A stretch of 64,000 bases of DNA, taken from positions 1 to 64,000 of the forward strand of contig JADEYG010000005.1 in NCBI GenBank assembly GCA_016906335.1, in the 5' to 3' direction. A program made the position numbers and the translations under genes. This stretch comes from Novakomyces olei. Its lineage: Eukaryota. Shown here piece after piece: positions 56,375 to 64,000 of the stretch. The notes under the pieces were generated by a model, which saw only the letters and a list, made by a program, of their open reading frames with translations, did no database searches and was not told the origin of the DNA. How positions within the stretch are numbered: the stretch's first letter is position 1; every line of letters starts with the position of its first letter.

Positions 56375-59038
56375 TGTAATTGTGCAAAGGGCGCTCGACT
56401 CGTCGTCTCCGCAATCTTGCTCCTATTTGTAATAAATGCAGGTTACGAGATAATAGCCCACGTAACACTAGGACTACACCTAATTCGGTCTTATCTTAAT
56501 CTGGCGGGGTAACAGATAAACAAGATTACATGTATATATCGCAGTGTTTCGATGATAGACAAGAAATATTCCAAGTTCAGATATTGTCGAATTCTCTTAT
56601 AATACCAAGAGGATGGCTGAATGCCATGCGCGAGTAGGAGAATTCTGATTGGGCCAAGGCCTTAGTCGGAAAAGCAATTTATGGAAGAAGCAAAGATATT
56701 TCAAGGAAGAACATATTATCATAAAGTGTAAAGCAGCCATCATGGTGAGCGATTATCTGAGAAAGACTACTCTTTTGAAAACAGGAAACTATTTGGAGAA
56801 ACGAGAAATTTCTCTACGGATAGCTTTTTAATTATAAAGCATTAATATATGAAGAAAGCTCGCACGGAAAGCTTTTACAACGATATAAGGCTGAGGTTTC
56901 AAAGAAGTACAATATCAAAAATCAAAAGATCCTGAGCAGAACTAATATAAGAGAACAAAACTAAACATTAAAATGTAGCGCATAGTTTTGTCAAATGATA
57001 GTCAGCTCACTGTAAGTTAAAATATTTCAATGTAATTATTGCCTTGAAATAATCGCTTATTTCATCTCTTCATTTAATTGACTAAATCTATTCGAAATAC
57101 GCTTCTCAGCGTTGGGGATATATCTCGATGGATATTGCCTTTTATGAGAAACATATGTATAGCTCATGATAGAAGCCAATTTAATACACTAGATAATTAA
57201 TAAATGATCGTATCCAGCAGCCTCACTCAAGTATACCGCTCCTTTGCCTAAATATAAAATTTGCTAATTTTTTGGATACGTGTCACGTGACGAAAGTTCG
57301 AGCGCGAGAAGTCAATCTATATGATATCTCAAAGTACATGTGGACGAGGAACAGACCCAGTTTTCCGTCATAGTATCGATCGTACAAAAATAGCAGTATA
57401 AAACACTTTTTTTATCAAGCGTGACAATAATCTATTTAAAATATACATGTTATACAGAAAGAACTCAAATTAACCACGGAGAATTTAAATTGACCTCGGC
57501 TACAGCAATGCCAAGAGAAGAGGCAAAATCTCAACAAATTAATAGTCGATTGCTCAAATTCTGGCCTAGTTTTAAGAAATTTGACAAGAAGTATAAGCTC
57601 AGCAACAAACAAAATCTTTTTCATGTACCAATTTCAACGGCCTCAATAATCCCAGTCACTCGCGAAGTACCGCTCCCTTCGTCTTATTTGCTGTACTCTG
57701 AAGTATGCTGATCAGCAACAAAATAGATGGGTATAGATACTGGAAATAATATCGCAATCATTAAAACCAATTATGCAGTGACTATGCCGTCAAAATTCCT
57801 TGAGCCGCTTCACGTTTGTCAATTTTTTATGAGAAATAGTCGTACTGCCCCATGAAAAAGCTTCCCCATGCACTAGTCATTTGGCCGCTTACTTTTTCCG
57901 GTCTGGTTTGCGACTTTGGTAGCGAAATTCCCAAAGATTAAAACGTGAGTGCTGGCCCTATGTTGACAGGTCTCTTTCGGATGTGTTTATAACGTAATAG
58001 TTTGGTTGGCCTGTTGCTGCATCGGCCATGTTTGTAATACATAGACCACATTTCATTTTATGGCAGACTTTGTGATATTAAGGAACGAGGTGTAAATGAA
58101 TGATCATCTATCATATCCAGAGAGCCCACATAAAAATGGCAAGTGAACAGTAAAGCTTAGAGTGCAGCATAACGAATCTGCTTTGACTACTGGAATCCGA
58201 ATCCAAGATACCGACCACATCATTGCATCAGCTGTGATATTGACGCTATACTGTGAGCACACCATCTCAAACACGTAAATGCTTGTATTCTGAAGCACTG
58301 ATGCTCTATACAAAAAGAACCACTGCAGAAATATCAGAAAACTGTCATGGGTTATTTTTATATCATGTCACAGTAGCTGAATGCGGGAATCTACGCTAAA
58401 CTGCTCTAGAGCTAACATTATAATGCAGAGAATAAGTAACGTAGGGTAAATGCACACAAGGCCGAGAAAAGTAGGAACCATGCTGATATTCAAATACCCT
58501 CAAGGTAGTTCAGTTCTGGTATCCGCATTATCCCCGATTATTCCAACAGTCGACGTTTAATTTTATTTTGTTGATGAATAAACTGTGCTCTGCGTGATAA
58601 GTGCCGATAGCATTAGACGATTGTGCGAAACCCTTGGCAGTCCAAAACTCACGCGTGATGTTAAAAGTTGAATAAATTTAAATAAATCGCAGTTGTGAAC
58701 AGCTGTCAAAGATGATTTAATAGTTTTCATAGATTAAGGCTTGGGCTTTAAAGTATTTAAGTTTATTGCAGCATCAAGTAATAGCGCGCAGCTAATCGCA
58801 GTCTCCGTTAAATTCTTGGCGCCTTTAACGGCTCTGTTAAGAATTGCTCCAGGAAAAATCTGATCCACCACCAATATCATTATTACGGTATCCGCCACCC
58901 TATCGCGGCGATAAGCGATGGATTTACCCCGTTTATTTCTCTATTGTTTTTTGACCTTATAGTGACCAATAGAAATATTTCTTTTATATAAAGTTTTCGG
59001 CTAATGGCTAATAACTATCTAATCTGAGTATGTTATAT

Positions 59039-59082
59039 CGGATCTTTCCGCACATTCTAAGATAAGCAAACGGATATATCCG
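59039..59082. promoter_or_regulatory. Two CGG-N6-CCG sites flanking a GATAAG
   Basis: CGGATCTTTCCG (59039-59050), GATAAG (59061-59066), CGGATATATCCG (59071-59082). Confidence 0.45.
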
Positions 59083-59100
59083 GAAGGTTGATTGATTTCT

Positions 59101-60861
59101 TTATTCAATGACGGGAACATCGCCGTCCGTTTGCATCAAACTTGACGGATGACCGGAGCCGGAGAGACGGTGCATTAGCAATAGCATGAAAAAATCCCAT
59201 GCTTCACAATATGCGGATGCATGTCTCCACCGCCGTGAAAACGAAGCTAGTAACCGCGTACATTTGAATAAAGGTGATAAGGAATAAACCTTGTCCTCGA
59301 AAATGCAACAAATTGTATAGAATCCCCATACCATTCCAGCTTCTATGACTCTCTCCGCAGACCGCCATATGCTTATAATACTATTTGATTGGTCAAGAAC
59401 AAGAAAGCCGTCCAGCACTGTGCAAGCGGACTGTGCTACATTGTGAAGCAATGGCTTTTCAAAGTCACGAATACCGTTCTCAAAAATGCTTTTTAAATCT
59501 CTCTCTGTAAAATAGGGGTGACATGCAAGATATAAGGTGGCGGACGACGCGCTTGGATTTTCACTTTCCTCATAGACTCTTAAATCGAGAGGGATCTTGC
59601 TTGTTAGCAATTCTAACTGCTCAACCGTAAAACTGTTAGCTGTCAAAACAGACTGTATCTGCAATAGGCCTTTGTAAATGCGTAGAGCATGCGACAGAAA
59701 TTGCAGTTCGTTATTACTCGACTTGGGTGTACGAATTAGCTGGCAGTAAGGTGATGGGCGCCGGTAATGTAGGGTAAAAGAGCTATTCGTTAGTCTTGAT
59801 AAAGTTGAGCAACTAACCAATCTAGCTTCAAAAGGCAAGATTCTAAAATGAAAAACTCGCTGTCATCTTGCAAGGCATTCTCCATGTAAAGAAATGATCT
59901 TAAACGTTCCATCAAGCATATCCCCCTCCCCGTTAATGTCCAGCCATTATGGAATTCGGCGGAAACCAGTTCAAACAAAGCGAGAAAGCAATAGATTCTT
60001 ATTCTGGACTTGTAGTCTGCAGCCTCTGCATCACCATAAGAATCCACGAAAAAAGACCGATAGCTCTCTGAAATCTTTGAATAGCTTATGTCTATATCTC
60101 GAGCGACCAAAGCACTCGAGAGTGCCAATACTGCGGATATTGGCATTGCATAGGCGTGAGATTTGTTTTTCGTCAGCCATTGAGACATGTTCTTCTGCTC
60201 CAGCAGAAAAGACTCTTCTTCGGGCTTTAGTAACGGGTATTTAGTCTGTATAATTTTGTTGTAGTGGTCCAGCAAAGACTTTTGAGTAGATCGAGAAATA
60301 TAATGGAGGGCATTAGCTTGCCGTGGCGGCTGTAAATCCAAGTTTCTGAAGCATTCATCATCCCTTTCAGCAGTTAGATGCTGCAGATAATTCTGCAACT
60401 GCGTAGCAAGTGCATCTGGACGGATGAGCAGCAGAAGCTGCTGCATCAGCTTTTGCTGAAGAGCAAAAGAAGCCCCATGATTCACGTTGTAGTAGGGAAA
60501 TGTTTCCGATATGAGCCGAATATCTGCCTGTTCATCGGGCTCGCCCTTTTTGTACCTGGCTAGCTTTTCACTTAGCCGCTTGGCCTCTAATTCCAGAGCA
60601 TAAATGTGGCTCGAAGTCAGTAATAGTTCTTTCTAATGGTCCCACGTACCTACGATTAAGTTCCTCATTCAAACTGTCGTCAAAATACGTACAGTCTTCG
60701 TCCACCAGTCGGCATTTCGTGCACGCGGGCAGGTTTTGGTCACACTAAATTCACGCAAGTTAAAACACGAAAAGGACATAACCAATTGATCGTTTGCATG
60801 AATGAGTCTGGCAAACCTTTATTCGTCTCACTCGGCACCGTGTACATGTCGGAAGTTCCAT
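59101..60861 (-). CDS. Zn2Cys6 transcription factor (PPR1/UaY-like), multi-exon
   Basis: MELPTCTRCRVRRIK|CDQNLPACTKCRLVDEDC across an intron, then downstream ORFs 59790-60485 and 59101-59838. Confidence 0.8.
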
Positions 60862-60914
60862 GTGTGCCGTCTCGCTTTACAACTCTTATCTATATATAGG
60901 CTAAATCATATGTA

Positions 60915-63066
60915 ATGGAAATATCACATGAACACGCTCGCCCATCTATCGTTAGCCAAATGCAGGGCTCTAGGCGAGCGAGAAAACTGTCAAAAGCGTG
61001 CTTTCGTTGCCGTAAACGAAAGATCAAGGTATCGTATTATTTTCTGGTTTTCGTTAAACGATGTCCATTCAAAAATCACAAGCTTGGGCTTACCGCGCAG
61101 TGCGATTTGAAGTTTCCCATATGTGGGGCCTGCCATATTGCCGGATCGGACTGTGTGGGATTCGATGCTACGAACCATGCAGAAGTCCCACGCAACCCCA
61201 GTTCTCATTATGAGAATCTTATCGCCAAGCTGGAAATAGAACTAGCGTCCATTGAGAAGGAAAGGGCTTTTAATCCTCATGAATTGGCTGGCTTTGAAAT
61301 CGAAAATATGCGATCAAGATTAGCGCATGCTTTGAAAAAACCTTTCAAGAGCGATGAAGTCTGCTCCGGCGTCCTTGATACATCGTACTTTTACATGTCT
61401 CCTCCGCCGCAAATTTATAATACTATGGATGTGGCTGATGGGTTCACTAATCCTATTATCGCTCGTGATCCGATCGATGTTTCCACTATTCCCCTCAAAG
61501 TTGTTGATTTACTCCTCAACAATTTCACTGAAAATCATTTGAGCAATTCGGGGTTGGCTACGCAGGATGTGGCAAGGATAAGGCGCGCGGTTTATGAGAA
61601 CAATAATGTTTCCGTATTCGATTTGGTGTCCATCTCCTTGATCTTTGCTATAAGTGTAAGGCTCTTTTTGGTGTGGTTTTACATTGTTCTGACTTACGGA
61701 ATAGTTGAGCAGTTTTAGCACTGGTAATCAAAGTATTTCGGACAGAGCTTGCAATGGATTTTTGTCATGCGCGGCTTATCATATGAGACAGAATCAATTG
61801 AAAAATCATGTTGAAACGCTATCGGTATTGATGCTATTGTCTCTGTTTGCTTTCATATATCCGGAAAAGATTGACTGTACTATCTGTGTAAACGACCTTT
61901 CTCGATTATTGACTAGAGGAAGCTCTTTGAACCTAGGCTCTGAACTTGGCGAAAGCCATAGCGAAAAATTGATGGCCGGCTCTATCATTATAATGGAAAG
62001 GTATTGTTCTAAAGTAAACTGTTGGATTTTCCTGTATCTGGGTGGATTTTTTTCACTGCTTTCTCCCACATTTTAATATTGTGTTGAGTATGAATGTGGG
62101 TTCAATACTAATCAGGCAAAAAGCCTAGTAAACATAGTTCTTTTACGCCCCTTTTCCTGGTCGACGTATTTAGGACATATGGCAAATACAAACATTGGCG
62201 TATCTGAATACGACAGAAAAGTTCTTTTATTACATGACAGTGTTCTAAGGGTATTTTACTTCTCAAATAATGACGTTGGTTCTATGTCTACGAATGTCGA
62301 CGTAATAGAGCTGCTCCGTGAAGTAGAAGCCTGTTTGAAACTTGAAGGAAAATCAGACATTTTGGGGGATATGATCAATTTTGTTGATTTGATACTGTTC
62401 AGAATAAATAGAGTTTCTCCAATGCTTACTTCTCCTACTTTGCAGATGCGGCATAGGGCGACTCAGGCTGCAATTAGCATGGTCAGCTCTCTTTTGGGCC
62501 TGTACAAGGCTAGCAAAATACAAAACATCTGGGCGGCATGTCACATCATTACTGAGATTTGTTTGTCTCTTTTGGACAGTCTCTGTGTCTCTTTAGATGA
62601 ACCAGATGCAATTGAAACACAGTCGCTCACTAATTACGTAACCGTTTGCTTTACAATGTTGAAAAGTCTCACCAAAACTTGGTCACAAGCACGTGCGGGA
62701 ATCAAAAGACTCGAGCTGTTCATCAATTCTGTTTTTCACGCATTTGGTCTGGAGTATGACGGTGTAGTGACGCTACTGGCTCCACAGGAAGTTCATGAGC
62801 TGATTATACACAATTTAACTTTCCCTCATTGTCAAAAATACTCATCTGGAGTGGATCAAACGGGTATGATTTTACATTGCTTTGAACAGGTCGACAGTAC
62901 AAATTTGAACGATTCTGTGTTTGAAAGTCCTCCGCGCGAACTAGATTTGTTGTCAATTGATGAAAGCAGTATCAATTTGCAAGACACATTCGATCACGAC
63001 GAGTTATTCGCCGCATTATTTTCGTCGGCCACAATGAAGGTTGACAAGAATATTCTTCCAACCTGA
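60915..63066 (+). CDS. Zn2Cys6 transcription factor (PPR1/UaY-like), multi-exon
   Basis: ACFRCRKRKIK|CDLKFPICGACHIAGSDCVGFD..EVPR, a coiled-coil, then ORFs 61705-62076 and 62179-63066. Confidence 0.82.
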
Positions 63067-63350
63067 AAAGCTTTTCCGTTCTCTGGGGGTTTTGTGCGTA
63101 AATAGATTTGATGTTGCACGACAAAGGGAAAGAAGTCTTTTGTAAGATTAATTAAATAATTTTTTATTAGACATTTCTGCGCGTAGTCTTGGATAAACCC
63201 TAACCCTGTTAATCCTGATAAGTAAATAATATTACTAATAATGCTACGACTACAAATCATCGTATTCACTACATCTCAAAACTGCTTAAGATTTAACATT
63301 TGTATCATTTATTTCTATTGAACTCAAATTAACGCCAAGTCTTCTTTTGC

Positions 63351-64000
63351 TTAGCACAGGCCTAGCATTACACGATCTTGGTCTTGTGCGCATTCTCCGT
63401 CGTCTTCTTCGGTCATTGACGGAACTGGTACATTTGCCAGGGCTGTGAGTCTGAAAGCGTGCCTACGATCGCCGGCAGGGTAATCAAGAGTTTGCGAATG
63501 CTGAGTACACCTTTGATCCCAGATGAGGACTGTCCCAGGCTGGTACGCCACTCGGCAACTAAAGTCTTGACCTCTATTAATGTGGTCAAATAGGAACTTC
63601 AGCAGGTAGTCTGAGGGTTAGTATGTAAAAACCCACCATATTGAAAAAAATCAAACTATGAATCAAATTTAAGAAATTCAAAAACGCCAGTAGCAAAGAG
63701 ACAAAACAAAACGAAAATAGACAATGAATTGAAAATATAAACTCACTTGATTCGTCTTCGTCATAGCCAACAATACTTTGCGTATACGAAGAGTTTACGA
63801 ATAGATTCTTTTTCCCAGTGAGCGGATGCACCGTTACTACAGGGTGAACTGACGAGTTGATAGGACGCCGCACTACGGATTCTGAACCATTATCACGGAG
63901 TTCCCGAGACACTGCATTGGCGGTAGAATGGACGGCAGTCAGGCCTTCCAAGCGCTTGCGAAATTTTGGCGAAAGACGTTCATAAGCTTTGACAGTCTGT
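63351..64000 (-). CDS. TauD-family dioxygenase (sulfonate dioxygenase/Jlp1-like), 3' part; the gene starts beyond the window
   Basis: LEGLTAVHS, VHPVVTVHPLTGKKNLFVN..YT..IVG, GTVLIWDQRCTQH, RRHAFR; intron at about 63612-63746. Confidence 0.85.

Noticed and set aside
63197-63207. AAACCCTAACCCTG telomere-like motif between convergent genes
   Set aside because: Short and isolated with no rearrangement signature; it also shows such motifs occur away from HNH genes.

Overview
This is the left end of a fungal (ascomycete-like, short-intron) chromosome. It opens with a telomere built from an unusual 10-bp repeat (CTAACCCTAA; G-strand TTAGGGTTAG) added directly onto a truncated Ty3/gypsy LTR element. 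Next is a subtelomeric island with two FunK1-type fungal protein kinases flanking a Crinkler-like (CR) ATPase-fragment/PD-(D/E)xK protein. From 9.3 to 27.9 kb a Ty1/copia element (TSD GTTTT, half-tRNA primer site, UGA-CUAG gag/pol junction) is interrupted in gag by two nested self-priming chromoviruses. Their target-site duplications and LTR SNPs indicate an inversion and a ~13-kb near-perfect palindrome. After a STE20-family kinase there is a duplicated segment holding a telomere-repeat scar, then a family of three intact intronless HNH endonuclease genes plus an unannotated header-only pseudogene, each with telomere-like motifs upstream; this is the best candidate for an undescribed system. 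From 36.8 kb onward is a nitrogen/sulfur-scavenging-type cluster: an APC permease, three MFS transporters, two TauD-family dioxygenases, an amidase and three Zn2Cys6 regulators, with GATAAG and CGG-N6-CCG sites and a nest of copia solo LTRs. All calls come from reading motifs by eye; no database searches were run.
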